Positions 51,212 through 62,166 of a DNA stretch of 64,000 nucleotides are shown here, piece by piece. The stretch is from assembly GCA_002811645.1 (NCBI GenBank), contig PDIP01000001.1:1-64000 (forward strand). Direction: 5' to 3'. Numbering within the stretch: the stretch's first letter is position 1; each line of letters begins with the position of its first letter. The position numbers and the translations under genes are program-made. This stretch comes from Corallochytrium limacisporum Hawaii. Its lineage: Eukaryota; Protista; Pluriformea. The notes beneath the pieces are model-generated. The model ran no database searches, was not told where the DNA came from, and saw nothing but the letters and a program-made list of their open reading frames with translations.

Positions 51212-52849
51212 ATGACATACAAAGCAGTCATCAATGAGCCTAGTGCGTACCTGCGCAATCGCATACAGGTGTGCATAGAACGGAGGCCACATTTCGTGGA
51301 CACAGAGTATAGCGACGGCGGTGGCCATAAGCTCACAGAAGCTGACCTCCAGGGGAACGATGAGGACGCTGTCTGTGTACCAGAGGACGTGAAATTGCAA
51401 TGGGAATTCCGTGAGGATCGGATTGACTTTGAACGTGTGTTCAAAGGTGATTTAGCGTGCAATTCCTATCACACTCGCAGAGGTTTGTGTCGTAAGGCCA
51501 ATCTTGCCCATTTCATCAGCAAGCGCCTGATGAAGCGGCCTAGTGCACTGATCAAAGACAGTTGGCTGAAAACAGTAATCATTGACATTGAAGACCCTAG
51601 TGACGAGGGAGCACTCCCATGGGCTCTTGCTGATGCTCGGGACGCGATCGATGAAGCGATTGAGGAAGCTGGAGTTGTGGTCAACGGGAGAGCGGAAACC
51701 ATATCTCAAACTCCGATTGCATGGATCTTAAAACCAAGCATGGGCGATCGTGGTGAAGGATTATGCCTGGTGCAGTCCCTAAGAGAGGTGAAGCAGACGA
51801 TCAAGCGAAACCCGGAGACCAGACAGTGGGTGATGCAGCGGTACCTCTCGAAACCCTTGCTGTCCACCGATGGACGAAAATTCCACTTGCGAGTCTACGT
51901 CCTGGCCTGTGGCGACCTCCATGTTCACGTTTTCAATCGTATCCTTGTCCTCCATGCCTCCGACAAGTACGAGGCCCCGAAGATTGGACAAGTGGTGGAA
52001 CAACCTGTCACTGTCCCAGAACAAAAGGAAGGTTGCATGGGCAAAAGGAAGAAGAAACCACACAAGAAGCCTGCCAAGAGACCTCCGGCACCCCTGGAAT
52101 ACGATTCCCGCAAGCATTTCACGAACAGCTGCTATCAAACCCAACAACTGCGGGATGTCGAGGAACTGGAACCGCCTAGGGACGAAGTGGTTCGTCAGAT
52201 ACGCGCCCTGGAGGACCACATTGTACGGGAGTGGGGGGAGGCAGACACCCGCGACATGCTCAGAAGTGTATGGGAGTCATCTGGTGCGGTTAACGCTGAA
52301 GAGACAAGGAAGGCACTGGCCACAAACATCTTGGGCATTCCAGAATCGCAGACCGTTGATCCCTCCGGAGACGATGAGACCGCTGCAAAGCTCGAAGAGC
52401 AGCGGGATACTCTGAGGCAGGCAATAGTGACCTGCACCGGCGCCGGTTCAACTGAGAGGGCTATTGACACGATGCTAGAGGCCATCCGCCTACGCATCGG
52501 TCTCACTGTGCGTGAAGCCTTTCAAAGCTGCCGCGGTGACATGGCTGGGTTCTTGGGCCTGCCAACATGTTTCGAGCTGTTTGGCCTGGACTTTTTACTG
52601 GACGATCAGCTGCGCGTCTTCCTTCTGGAGATCAACTCTGGGCCAGATGTGCAGAACACTGGCGACCGTTTGGGACCCATGGTCGATGAATTGATTGAGT
52701 ACGGTCTGTTCCAACGGTGCATTGACGTTCTCCTGCCGGCAAAGACGAAGGGCCATGAACGATTGCCAGAGCCCGTTGGGGGCCCGACAGTTGGATCGCT
52801 TGGGCATTTTCTCACTGTTTACACAGGACAACCGCCGGAATGGCGATGA
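51212..52849 (+). CDS. Tubulin-tyrosine-ligase family ATP-grasp enzyme (Pby1-like)
   Basis: WILKPSMGDRGEG, WVMQRYLSKPLL, RKFHLRVYVL, HFTNSC, FELFGLDFLLD..FLLEINSGPD. Confidence 0.88.
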   Translation: MTYKAVINEPSAYLRNRIQVCIERRPHFVDTEYSDGGGHKLTEADLQGNDEDAVCVPEDVKLQWEFREDRIDFERVFKGDLACNSYHTRRGLCRKANLAHFISKRLMKRPSALIKDSWLKTVIIDIEDPSDEGALPWALADARDAIDEAIEEAGVVVNGRAETISQTPIAWILKPSMGDRGEGLCLVQSLREVKQTIKRNPETRQWVMQRYLSKPLLSTDGRKFHLRVYVLACGDLHVHVFNRILVLHASDKYEAPKIGQVVEQPVTVPEQKEGCMGKRKKKPHKKPAKRPPAPLEYDSRKHFTNSCYQTQQLRDVEELEPPRDEVVRQIRALEDHIVREWGEADTRDMLRSVWESSGAVNAEETRKALATNILGIPESQTVDPSGDDETAAKLEEQRDTLRQAIVTCTGAGSTERAIDTMLEAIRLRIGLTVREAFQSCRGDMAGFLGLPTCFELFGLDFLLDDQLRVFLLEINSGPDVQNTGDRLGPMVDELIEYGLFQRCIDVLLPAKTKGHERLPEPVGGPTVGSLGHFLTVYTGQPPEWR

Positions 52850-52990
52850 ACCAATAGAAAGCAAGTATATCATAATCGACTGGGCTAAATCAAACACTCT
52901 ATTCAAACTTGAACGTATGATACACAAGCCAGGAGCCTCCGACCGTTGACTCTTGGATTTCAAAACAATCTATTCCCTGCTTCTACCAAG

Positions 52991-53689
52991 TTACTTGTAC
53001 GGAGGAGGAGGCCCTTGCTGCTGCTGAGGAGGCGGTGCTCCATATGCTCCGGCAGGTGGCATCGAGTATCCGTCAGCACCGCTCTGTTGAGGAGGAGGCG
53101 GCATGGGCTGTCCGTAGCCCGGTGGAGGCTGTGCATAACCGTAGCCCGTAGCGGCCTGCCCAAATCCAGGAGCAGGCATCCCCCCGGGAGGCGGTCCGTA
53201 GCCCTGAGGTGGCTGCTGGCCATGGTTCCATGGAGGCGGCGCCTGGGGCTGCCCAGTTGGCCGTGAGCCTGCGGCCGCTGGTGTGCTGATCACCCGGAAA
53301 AATACAGCTGTAAACTCGGTTGCACCGCCGTTCTTGAACGACATGTTGAGCCTCGCAATATCACCATTGATCCTAGGTTCCTGTGTCTGTCCGGGTGCTA
53401 TCTTGCAGTCGGATACAAATTTGTTTGCACCGAATATTGGCTGTTCAATATCGTAGTCGCTTAAGTTCCGCAGGTATACCTCGAAGGAACTCATCCCGTG
53501 TTTTGGTTTCTCCGCCAGGAACACGAACCGCTGATTACTCACCATGCAAGTGCCTGTTCCTTCCAGTTTTGAGTGCTTGTCGCTCTTTGACTGGATTGTG
53601 AAGTCAACACCGCCATGGTGGTACGCAAAATTTTCTCCCGGATTTGGGATGACACCGCCAGGTACAATGCGTGCGGTGTTGATAGACAT
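52991..53689 (-). CDS. WBP2: WW-domain-binding protein 2
   Basis: GRAM/PH-like N-terminus (GTCMVSNQRFVF, IEQPIFGAN, FKNGGATEF) and YGxPP/Pro-rich C-terminus ending PPPPYK. Confidence 0.88.
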   Translation of the reverse strand: MSINTARIVPGGVIPNPGENFAYHHGGVDFTIQSKSDKHSKLEGTGTCMVSNQRFVFLAEKPKHGMSSFEVYLRNLSDYDIEQPIFGANKFVSDCKIAPGQTQEPRINGDIARLNMSFKNGGATEFTAVFFRVISTPAAAGSRPTGQPQAPPPWNHGQQPPQGYGPPPGGMPAPGFGQAATGYGYAQPPPGYGQPMPPPPQQSGADGYSMPPAGAYGAPPPQQQQGPPPPYK

Positions 53690-54064
53690 TTCTCACGCTC
53701 TTCTCAAGTCGCCTCACTATGATAAATGGAGCCACTAGTATGGACCCAGTAGGTGACTCACTCCTTGATATAGCCACCGGTCCTGGTACGTCATCGCCTC
53801 ATACGCCGTCACTAATTTGGCCTGTCCCCGCTGCCGGTGATGAAATGAGAGCCTGAATTGATTTGGACGGGTCAGAGGGGAAAACACTTTTCCCAATACC
53901 TACGGCTGCTACGTACAAGGGAGGTGCAACGGGACGGGTTCGATAACGAAGACTTGAGTTTAGTTTTTTAACGCGATGTCAACGATCGTCCTGCGGCCCT
54001 CTCTTCCCAGCAAGAGTTCTCGCCAAGAGAGCGCCGCCTTAACGATGCGCCCGCAAAGGACGAA

Positions 54065-54105
54065 AAGGAGGGGGAACTCCCGCCCCGCCCCGGGGGGAGG
54101 GGGGG
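54065..54105. promoter_or_regulatory. Putative bidirectional promoter WBP2/LARP4
   Basis: ctcccgccccgcccc directly followed by ggggggaggggggg, between head-to-head genes. Confidence 0.5.
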
Positions 54106-54895
54106 AAATAAACCTCGTTGCCTGCATGGTTCCGTTTGGCGGTTAAACATATAACATTGTCAGCATCCACAACGACCAGACTCTGTTCCACACACAAACA
54201 CACTCAAAAGAGTCCGCGGCAAAAAAAAAAAAACAGCCATTTCTGACCTGCCATTATCTACGACCCCAAATTAGGGTTGTGAAAGGCAGCATTTGAATGT
54301 TTTTCTCACTGCTGCGGGCTGAATCTGCGGCAGAGTGTGAGAGAATAGAGGGAGGTTTCCGGCGCGACCCGTGAACAGGGGGAGCAGCAAGCACCCAGTT
54401 TGTGCAGTACTTAATGTACTGGGAGAGAAAGGGACAGGGGGCTGTCATAGGAGCGACTCAGGCAGAGAGTAAGGCGCAAGGGTGGTGCACTTGAGTTTTC
54501 AACCGCTGTGGCCTGTTCAATTATTCTCTCCGTACGAAGGGTTTGCACCGGCGAAAATCACTGTGACGCTGCTACCGCTTTTTCCTTGGGCCTGTAAGCG
54601 TGGGCAAATGGTCTGGTACATTGGTTCGAGGCCGGGCGTGATGGTATTGGAAACCTTGCGGGAGAGTGTCGTGAACAATGCATATGATCTTGGATATATA
54701 GACGTAGAGCTATATAGGTCATTAGACCAGTCTGCAGTATTGGGAAAGCTATATAGCTGTGGAAGGAAGTTTACCAAGAAGTTTCCTACGAAGTGGTCAG
54801 AGTCCATGTAACTCGCAGAAGAACAATACAGAAGACACAGCCATTTATTTTTTTCGGGTGTCTTTGTAAATCATTTATTAAGGGTGAAAGGAAGA

Positions 54896-57154
54896 ATGCC
54901 TTCTATGGCGGAAGAAAATATTCCGCACAATAACATGGAAGGAATAGTTGAGAACGAAGCGGATGCCATTGCGGCGCAAAAGGCACACGTTGCAGCAGCA
55001 ACAGCGGCACAGAGTGTCTCTATGGACGATCATACTGATGATGATAGCAGTGAGGAGGAAGCAGAGATTGAGTTGGCCACGTTGGGCAGTCAACCTGTGA
55101 ACCAACAGAAAGCACTGTCTCCAGAGCAGACAAAGGAAGCCTTGAAGCACCAAGTGGAACATTACCTAAGTCTTGCGAACTTGAGACATGATCACCACCT
55201 TGTGAGTCAGATGGATGCACAGCATTTCGTTCCAGTTAGTGTTTTAGCTGGTTTCCCGAAAGTGCAGGCACTGACTGAAGATCTGAACGAGTTAGTTGCA
55301 GTTTTGGATGCAAGCAATGCAGTAGTTTTGGATGATACAAAGACCAAGGTCCGTCCCGCAGAGAACTTAGTGAAGCGGAATACTCTCATTATTCGAGATA
55401 TTCCAGAAGGTACTACAGGTGAAGACATTATGGAAGTGTTCAAGGTCAACGAGTGTCCAACTCCCATCGAGAATCACTCTGAAGTGGGCAACACATGGTT
55501 CATAAAGTTTGAGACCGAGGCAGAAACCACAAAGGCTTTCCAGCATATCACCAAGCAAAAGTTGAAGGGGCAGCCTATCAAGGCACGGATAAAGTCTGAA
55601 AATATTTTGCGGACAAGCAATGTGCCACAGACCGCCATTATGTATCCTGATCAGTCCCCCGTGTATGGTGGAAATCCGTATGCTATGATGCCACCGCCTA
55701 TAGTCGAGATGGGAGCACCCCAGCAACCCCAACAGCAAGGGTCAGGGAAAGGCAAGCGTGGCAAGAAGGGTAAGCAAGGACGAAACAACCAGCAACCGAA
55801 CAGTAACAATGCCTATGATGAACAGATGCAGCAAATGTACGGTCCCTATGGCTCTTACTATGTACCGGTAGAATACTATCAGGGACAGGCTGGTGATTCA
55901 TCGAAGGGACGGCATTCAATGGGTTCTCCTGCGCAGCCAGTATACATGTACCCTCAGGGTTACACCAACAACGGAAGGCAATCGGACGGAGGTCTTAATG
56001 TACAATACCGGCGCGGTGGTGGTGGACGACGCGAGGGAAACGAACAAAGGAGAAAGTCAGCACCTAATGCGAAGACCCAGAACCAGCGCAATGGTCACCC
56101 CCGGCAAAACAGCGAGGACCTTAGCAAACGCCTTGGACCGGGCAACTTCCCTCCATTGGCTGCACAACCAAACGATATGGGATACACCAAAGGGCAGTTT
56201 AGGAAGTACACAGCCGCAGATATCTTGAAAGTAAGTGAAGAGGTGGATGCGTCAAAGATGCCAGAGTCGCTTCAGGAGGCACTGAAGAATGAGCCAATTA
56301 CAGAGGAAGCTGTAGCCCAGGAGGCTAAGAAACAAGCCGATGGAGCAATCGTAGACAACAAGGACAACCACCATATCCTGAGGCAGCAGATGCAACAGCA
56401 CTCACTCTCAAGTCTTGCATCGAATTCAGTGCGAGATTCTCTGCCTAAGCAGCTGACAATCGATGATGAGCTGGAAAAGCAACAGAAACTGCCACAAATG
56501 ATGTCTACGCCCCAGAACACCGGCAATGAACACGATGAGCATGACGATAGTATTCTGAATGAGCCCCACAGCAAAGACGTGGCCAAGCGTAGCACGGCCC
56601 AGGATTCCTCGGGAGTCAATGGTAAGCCAGCAGACGGCAATGGCGTAAGTTTAGAATCAGTTTCTGAAGGAACTTCCACTCAGCGGGTACAGCCCTCGAG
56701 CACTCCGAAAACGGCATCTTCGGGTTCGCTGTCGGCTGGGACCACACCGCGAGTTCCAAACACCTTCTCTTACGCTGCTGCTCTGCAGAAACCAGCGGCA
56801 CAGCTCCCGAATAACCGTCGCAATAGCGCTGGAGATCTCGTGAGCGTGTCTAACAATGCCAAGGTGACTCCTCCACCTGAAAAATCAAATGCTCGGAACG
56901 GCAAGGGATCCAATCCTCGTCTGCAGCAGTGGGGAGAGAGCAAGAGCGAAGAGACCAGTAAAAGTGGCAGTAAAGGTCAGCAGCAGCGCAAGGATATCTC
57001 CAGCGACGGAGCGTCCGTGAATCGCTCTCCTGAATCAGGCAGTACCGCCACAGTGACCTCTCACGTTGTTCCTACTGAGACCGTGAAGCCTGCACCGGTC
57101 AAAAAGGGTGTGTGGTCCTCTATCGTAGCCGGATCTCCGAAAGATGCCGCATGA
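54896..57154 (+). CDS. LARP4: La-related protein 4
   Basis: La motif (LKHQVEHYLSLANLRHDHHLVSQMD..FPKV) plus LARP4-type RRM (TLIIRDIP..NTWFIKFE..GQPIKARIK) and NFPPL. Start is 54896 or 54905. Confidence 0.88.
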   Translation: MPSMAEENIPHNNMEGIVENEADAIAAQKAHVAAATAAQSVSMDDHTDDDSSEEEAEIELATLGSQPVNQQKALSPEQTKEALKHQVEHYLSLANLRHDHHLVSQMDAQHFVPVSVLAGFPKVQALTEDLNELVAVLDASNAVVLDDTKTKVRPAENLVKRNTLIIRDIPEGTTGEDIMEVFKVNECPTPIENHSEVGNTWFIKFETEAETTKAFQHITKQKLKGQPIKARIKSENILRTSNVPQTAIMYPDQSPVYGGNPYAMMPPPIVEMGAPQQPQQQGSGKGKRGKKGKQGRNNQQPNSNNAYDEQMQQMYGPYGSYYVPVEYYQGQAGDSSKGRHSMGSPAQPVYMYPQGYTNNGRQSDGGLNVQYRRGGGGRREGNEQRRKSAPNAKTQNQRNGHPRQNSEDLSKRLGPGNFPPLAAQPNDMGYTKGQFRKYTAADILKVSEEVDASKMPESLQEALKNEPITEEAVAQEAKKQADGAIVDNKDNHHILRQQMQQHSLSSLASNSVRDSLPKQLTIDDELEKQQKLPQMMSTPQNTGNEHDEHDDSILNEPHSKDVAKRSTAQDSSGVNGKPADGNGVSLESVSEGTSTQRVQPSSTPKTASSGSLSAGTTPRVPNTFSYAAALQKPAAQLPNNRRNSAGDLVSVSNNAKVTPPPEKSNARNGKGSNPRLQQWGESKSEETSKSGSKGQQQRKDISSDGASVNRSPESGSTATVTSHVVPTETVKPAPVKKGVWSSIVAGSPKDAA

Positions 57155-57425
57155 TGCTCCATACATCCTACATTTTGCATGACCGCAAGCACAACTTTTG
57201 TTTCTTATTTCCATTATTTCCATGTCTTGTTTTCTTAAATGCATTCTCATCGATAGTTAAACCAAAAAATACAAATCTTGGCGGTCATGGCAAACAAACG
57301 ACATGCACATAAATGTCTTTTCAAGTAGTCTATTCTATTTCAAATGGATCCACTGTGGATCTCAAGCATGTCTATTCAAATGCGGGAAGTTGATAATCAT
57401 GTTAACTCATTAAATTGACGATAAG

Positions 57426-57881
57426 CTAGCAATCATATGGGGGATCAGGCTTCACCTCCTGTCCCTTCTTGGGGTTTGAGGGGTCCCACGCTTGTACTTT
57501 TGGCGTCGCAGTACTCCATGGCACGTATTCCTCAGGAGTGCCACTCAGATTCTCACGGAACTTGTTTACCCACTGGGGTCGAGGAGGAGGGACAGCGGTT
57601 GGGGGATCATCTGTCATATAATGCAGCCAACGGTGCCATTCTGCAGGGACCTGTGAGGCATCACAGTCGATCACATTCCCGATTTGCTTATAGTCTACAT
57701 ACCGGCTTTTGCCAATGGATTCATTCGGGTTCTCGTAGTACTTGTTTCCCCACTGATCGGTTCCAATTAGCTTGTAGTCTACGCCGGGCACACGAAGCGC
57801 ATCCCGATAAATTATTTGCCGCAAAGTCTCCCGTGGGCCCAGCTGTGCAGCCTTCCGAAACCAGGAAGTAAGGGCAGACAT
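57426..57881 (-). CDS. NDUFA12: NADH dehydrogenase complex I subunit B17.2
   Basis: LIGTDQWGNKYYEN, DASQVPAEWHRWLHYMTDDPPT, ENLSGT..YVPWSTATPKVQAWDP. ATG at 57881. Confidence 0.95.
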   Translation of the reverse strand: MSALTSWFRKAAQLGPRETLRQIIYRDALRVPGVDYKLIGTDQWGNKYYENPNESIGKSRYVDYKQIGNVIDCDASQVPAEWHRWLHYMTDDPPTAVPPPRPQWVNKFRENLSGTPEEYVPWSTATPKVQAWDPSNPKKGQEVKPDPPYDC

Positions 57882-57901
57882 GATTGTAAACAAAAAGAAC
57901 C

Positions 57902-57977
57902 CTGTCGGAAAAACAAACTGTTATGCTCGACAACCAGCACAAATTCCACTACTGTCAACTCTTAAATAACTAAGTAC
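57902..57977 (-). other. Predicted 5'-UTR intron of NDUFA12 (76 nt)
   Basis: TAG|GTACTT..CATAAC..TTTGTTTTTCCGACAG|, ending 20 nt before the ATG. Confidence 0.65.
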
Positions 57978-58373
57978 CTAAAATTCTTCCATCGTTACGA
58001 AGAGTCAACGCCGCTGAATTGAAGTTGGTGCCCCTAAAGACTTCGTTGACAAAGAAAGCAATTTCACGGGCTCCGCTACCTGCGCCTCGAACCACAGAGT
58101 GGCCCTTTCTTTTACACGCACACTTACGCTTTCAGAGCAAACACCCATACACAGGTGCGCCCCCACCCCCTGAAGAGGATGTCCACCTGATAGTGAATAT
58201 ATGGAGAAGGCACCTTTCTCCTCCCGGAAACGGATTCCTCTTCCGCCATAGTGAATGTATCCGTGTAAATAAACTAAAGCCCTGCCAGAACAACGCAGGT
58301 TCATATAATCAATAATACAAAATCAATTTTAGTATGGTCTGGGATTACCAGCCATTGCATACTATACATCTTC

Positions 58374-60941
58374 TTACATCTCCTCAGACTGGATGCTCTG
58401 AATCTCCGTCTCAACCAGTTTCATGTACTGCACACTTTGCAAAGCAGCCTTTCGGTTTCCGGCCTTCTTGTACTCTAAGGCTAGGGTCTTGAACTTGCCC
58501 ATCTCGTCCTGCAAAGTCTCGAGATACTTTTCCGGTGTGAGCTGTCCGATCTGGACAGCAGTGACTAGCATGTTTGCACGGCCTTCGAGCAGCATCTTCC
58601 GCGTCTCCGCGTCATCGTTTGTCTCTCCTTTCTTCCTGGCCTCCACAATTAATTGGTCGCACTCTGCCATCTCACTCTCCATAATGGCGTTTGACATGAA
58701 GATGTCCGGGGGAAAGAATTCGAACTTGTCGTACTCCTCGGCATCCGCGTCGGCACCGGGCGCGGGTGATGCTACAGGTGAGGGTGAGGCAGGTGATGAT
58801 GAACCAGTCGACTTCCGTTGCATTCCAGTCGTGGGTGAGGGGCTCCCTTTGCGGGCCACAGTGGGGGAAGCGGAGGGTGACTTCTGCGCTCCTGTGGCGG
58901 GGACTGGTGCCTTCAGTGACTGTTGCTCTAACAGTGCACTGAGATTCTCGGAGGAGATCCAGCTGTCTATGGTATCCCTGGCCACCGGCGGACCAATTGG
59001 CTGGTTAACACGGATCTTCACTTCGATCTTGCCATGGGAAAGTGGTCGACGACCGTCAGTGAGGGCCATGACTTCGTGTAGCACGGCATTGGTCTGCAGG
59101 CTACCTAGTTTCAATTCAATGGATCCCAACGCAAATTCCTTCTTGAACGGTCCCCATCCCTTATAGCTCAGAACTTGGAGGTTAATGCCTCTGCGATCCC
59201 TTTGCAGAAAGCGCTCCATTGCGCGATTGCGAGCAATTTTCAGCTTAGCATGATACTCATAGATAGGATTGACCGACAAGCCTACATTGGTCTTACCCAC
59301 CTGCGGGTTCTCACTGTCAGGGAAAGGGAACTCCCAGCGGATTAAGGTTTCGAGATCATCAGTTTCATAGCCTGAAGCTAATGGCAGATTTTGGCCCCTC
59401 ATAATGCTCAATTCAAGTTCCGAAGGGTGTACGTCAGCGCATACTTTGAATGTGGGCAGAGAAATCGACTGCGGTGAAAAGGTTGGAATTGAAATACCAG
59501 CTTCAGTACACTTGGAAAGGGCATCCAGTTGCCTGCCCATGCTCTGGTAGATAATCTTGAACTTGCTCATGGCGTCTTCATTCTTGGCAGCCCGATGGGC
59601 CGCGTACTGCTGCTTGGCCTTCTCCTGCTGCGCGTGCAGAACTTTCTTCAATTTGGTCGGGTTGCTTCGTCCGATTCCACTACCAGTCCTCTGGCCACTG
59701 TTGCGGGGCGATGGCTGATTCTTTGATGAGGTCTGCGGTCTGCCATGGGCTGGAATCCCATAGGCACCGGCTGTGGAGCTCACAGCAGTTTTCAATGGTT
59801 TCGGTGGATCAGGGAGGGCATCCTCGGTGATCACTTTGCCCTGGCTGGCCTGCTTACGCATTGCTTCCAGTTTCTTGTACACTAAGAATGCCTCTCTTGC
59901 AGCGGCATTGTGGCCGCTCTGTTTGGCGGCTACTGCCTGGCATTTGTACGCCTCTTCCAGCTCTGATATTTTCGCGACAGGGACGCTCCTCGGTTTCTCT
60001 ACCCGCCCGCCCGCCGCCGTCGGTGCAGACTTCTTGCCATCCTTAGACTTCGGTGATGTTCCCGGGGTAACTCTGCCAGGGCCTGATAATCTTGCTTCTA
60101 ATTGCTTGGCATGTAGAAGCGCCTTCTTTGCATCTTCTTTTCTCCCTTCTGACAAGAATTTCCGAGCTTGTTCACGACTTTCCTTCGCTTGCCGTTGCAG
60201 CTTTTGTCGTGTGGTCTCCTCTCCCGCTGGTACCTTCGCTCCTTCTTCGTCTTCTATGTCATCGCCGAAATCTTCAAGCACATTCTTTGCAGCTGTAATT
60301 TCTGTCCGTGGGGGTCGAGTTGGTGCCGCGGCACCTGCTGGCGCCGCAGGTGTCGGCCGCGGCTTGGGTTCCTCAACGGTTTCATCATCACTGATATCCC
60401 CTCCCAGGGCCTTCAAGGCTGCCTTCAATTCAGGATCATTCATGTCGTCTTCAGTGAAATCAACCTCCTCCTCGTTGGCTTCTGGATTATCCAGTGCTCC
60501 CCTCAATTGATCTACCAAGGTGTCTACATCGACGTCTGGACCGGAGCCAGAAGGGGCAGCGTCTGCAGCCGGCTTGGGTGGTGGGTCCGCGCGAGCCGGC
60601 CGCACTGGCGCAACCACTGTTGGATCCTTGGCAGGGCGAGGTGGTGGTGCAGGCCGAGCAGGTTTGGTCTGCTGCGGTTTTGTCTTTGGAGGAGCGGAAA
60701 CCTCCTCATCGTCACTTAAGAGGTCTGCGAGTTCAGCCGCCAGAGCTGCGTCATCGACGTCTTCCATATCTTCCGGAAATTCGTCATGCGCATCATGTCC
60801 AGTCCCAATATCTGGGACATCTCTGAATAGCGCAGGGTCAAGTCCCAATGCAGCATAGTCCAATTCACCACTTGGTACTGGAGAATCTCCTCTACTCGAG
60901 CCCTGTCTGCTCTTTTCCTTACTAGAAGAGAACCAGGACAT
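58374..60941 (-). CDS. CC2D1: Coiled-coil and C2 domain protein 1 (Lgd/CC2D1A/B)
   Basis: DEEEVDFTEDDMNDPEL-type N-terminal motif, DM14-like repeats (YKCQAVAAKQSG..AAREAF..KKLE) and C2 domain (ELELSIMRGQNL..WEFPFP..GKIEVKIRVNQPI). Confidence 0.85.
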   Translation of the reverse strand: MSWFSSSKEKSRQGSSRGDSPVPSGELDYAALGLDPALFRDVPDIGTGHDAHDEFPEDMEDVDDAALAAELADLLSDDEEVSAPPKTKPQQTKPARPAPPPRPAKDPTVVAPVRPARADPPPKPAADAAPSGSGPDVDVDTLVDQLRGALDNPEANEEEVDFTEDDMNDPELKAALKALGGDISDDETVEEPKPRPTPAAPAGAAAPTRPPRTEITAAKNVLEDFGDDIEDEEGAKVPAGEETTRQKLQRQAKESREQARKFLSEGRKEDAKKALLHAKQLEARLSGPGRVTPGTSPKSKDGKKSAPTAAGGRVEKPRSVPVAKISELEEAYKCQAVAAKQSGHNAAAREAFLVYKKLEAMRKQASQGKVITEDALPDPPKPLKTAVSSTAGAYGIPAHGRPQTSSKNQPSPRNSGQRTGSGIGRSNPTKLKKVLHAQQEKAKQQYAAHRAAKNEDAMSKFKIIYQSMGRQLDALSKCTEAGISIPTFSPQSISLPTFKVCADVHPSELELSIMRGQNLPLASGYETDDLETLIRWEFPFPDSENPQVGKTNVGLSVNPIYEYHAKLKIARNRAMERFLQRDRRGINLQVLSYKGWGPFKKEFALGSIELKLGSLQTNAVLHEVMALTDGRRPLSHGKIEVKIRVNQPIGPPVARDTIDSWISSENLSALLEQQSLKAPVPATGAQKSPSASPTVARKGSPSPTTGMQRKSTGSSSPASPSPVASPAPGADADAEEYDKFEFFPPDIFMSNAIMESEMAECDQLIVEARKKGETNDDAETRKMLLEGRANMLVTAVQIGQLTPEKYLETLQDEMGKFKTLALEYKKAGNRKAALQSVQYMKLVETEIQSIQSEEM

Positions 60942-61547
60942 CTTGTGGGACGATTGTTCTCTGTCGTATGCACTATAACACTACTATCGTACTACCATAA
61001 GTTTACACTGGCTTAGTACAAAAGGTTAAAGTCGCGCTGTATACTCACTTGTGTACTACTGTGCAGCTTTGATACAAATAAGATCTGCGGACTCCTTTTT
61101 GGGCTTGTCTCAAATAGCAGCTTCTTGACCATTTCTCACAGATGTAGCTCTTTCCTTTCCAGGCCGACTCCCGGCGGGGGAGGGAACCAAGGTAGTACCA
61201 AATTTTCTTCAGCTACTATCTGCAGCAATGGTTTCCGGTCGAGGCCCACTTGGCAGTTCTGAAAAGGGTAGGACATAGGGACACTTCGCTTATAGCCGAA
61301 GGGTGACGTGTTGCCGTGGTCATTGGCAGGCGCACATCAACAATGAAAGAAATCATGAGAGTCCATGAAAGAAAGATGGTCATCAGCAGCAGCAGCAGCA
61401 GTATCCAGCGCATATGATGCAACTACGCGATGAAGCTCTAGCTCAATGCTAAGCACGATATATTTTCTTCTCCGATGAATCAGACGTATGTATGATTTAA
61501 ACTAATATGCTACACTTTTTTAATACAATTTACCAGTGGTCTTACAA

Positions 61548-61820
61548 TTATCGGAACCGCCCCGTCTGCACTACGTAAATGTAGTCATTGTCCACGGTAA
61601 GCAGATAATTGGTGTTTGCCTGTGTCAAAGTGATCCGCTTGAGAGGCTCGTCCTCGAGAACTCCGCGGACATCACAAACAATACTAAACAAGAGGCGCTT
61701 CAAAATTGGATCCCCTTCGTTGAAGGTTCCAGAAGTTTTTACACTGTTTCCACCTATAGTCAGGACCAGGATGCCTTCCTGGCCTTCGATGTTCTGCAGT
61801 TCGTTGAATGTCTGTTCCAT
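61548..61820 (-). CDS. LAMTOR4: Ragulator subunit LAMTOR4
   Basis: 90 aa roadblock-like protein: LQNIEGQEGILVL..VKTSG..EPLKRITL..YLLTV..IYVV. ATG at 61820. Confidence 0.82.
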   Translation of the reverse strand: MEQTFNELQNIEGQEGILVLTIGGNSVKTSGTFNEGDPILKRLLFSIVCDVRGVLEDEPLKRITLTQANTNYLLTVDNDYIYVVQTGRFR

Positions 61821-62003
61821 TCTTCGCAAAATAAGTTCACGCGGGGAGATTACCTAGCGGGCACTGGTTAGTTTGCTTTCCATCTGTTCTATACTAACTT
61901 TCTATGTACCCAATCGGTACACATGGTGAAATTCTCTCAGGCTTGTTTTTTACAATGTGAATAGTGTCGATGTTGCATGGGGCTAAACCTGGTGGCGACT
62001 TAA

Positions 62004-62046
62004 GCCCCAGTTTTGCGACAACAGCAAGGGGGGAGGGGGGAGGGGG
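62004..62046. promoter_or_regulatory. Putative bidirectional promoter LAMTOR4/RCE1
   Basis: G6-A-G6-A-G5 at 62028-62046 within a ~350-bp head-to-head spacer. Confidence 0.5.
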
Positions 62047-62166
62047 CCTCCCAGGTGTGTGCGTTCCGGCAAGGAGCGATGGGTACGGACGGCTCGCAAG
62101 GGGCACGAAACTGGCTTTTTTTAGTGGTGTATGGGGCTCCCGTGGAGTAGGGAGTGGGAATTGAGG

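Noticed and set aside
54587-54640. GGTTCGAGGCC B-box/T-loop-like motif
   Set aside because: No cloverleaf, D-arm or acceptor stem, so not a tRNA.
61216-61413. Short ORF with poly-Leu signal-peptide-like start
   Set aside because: Hydrophobicity comes from a (CAG)n repeat; it lies ~135 nt behind the LAMTOR4 stop with no promoter tract, so probably 3' UTR.
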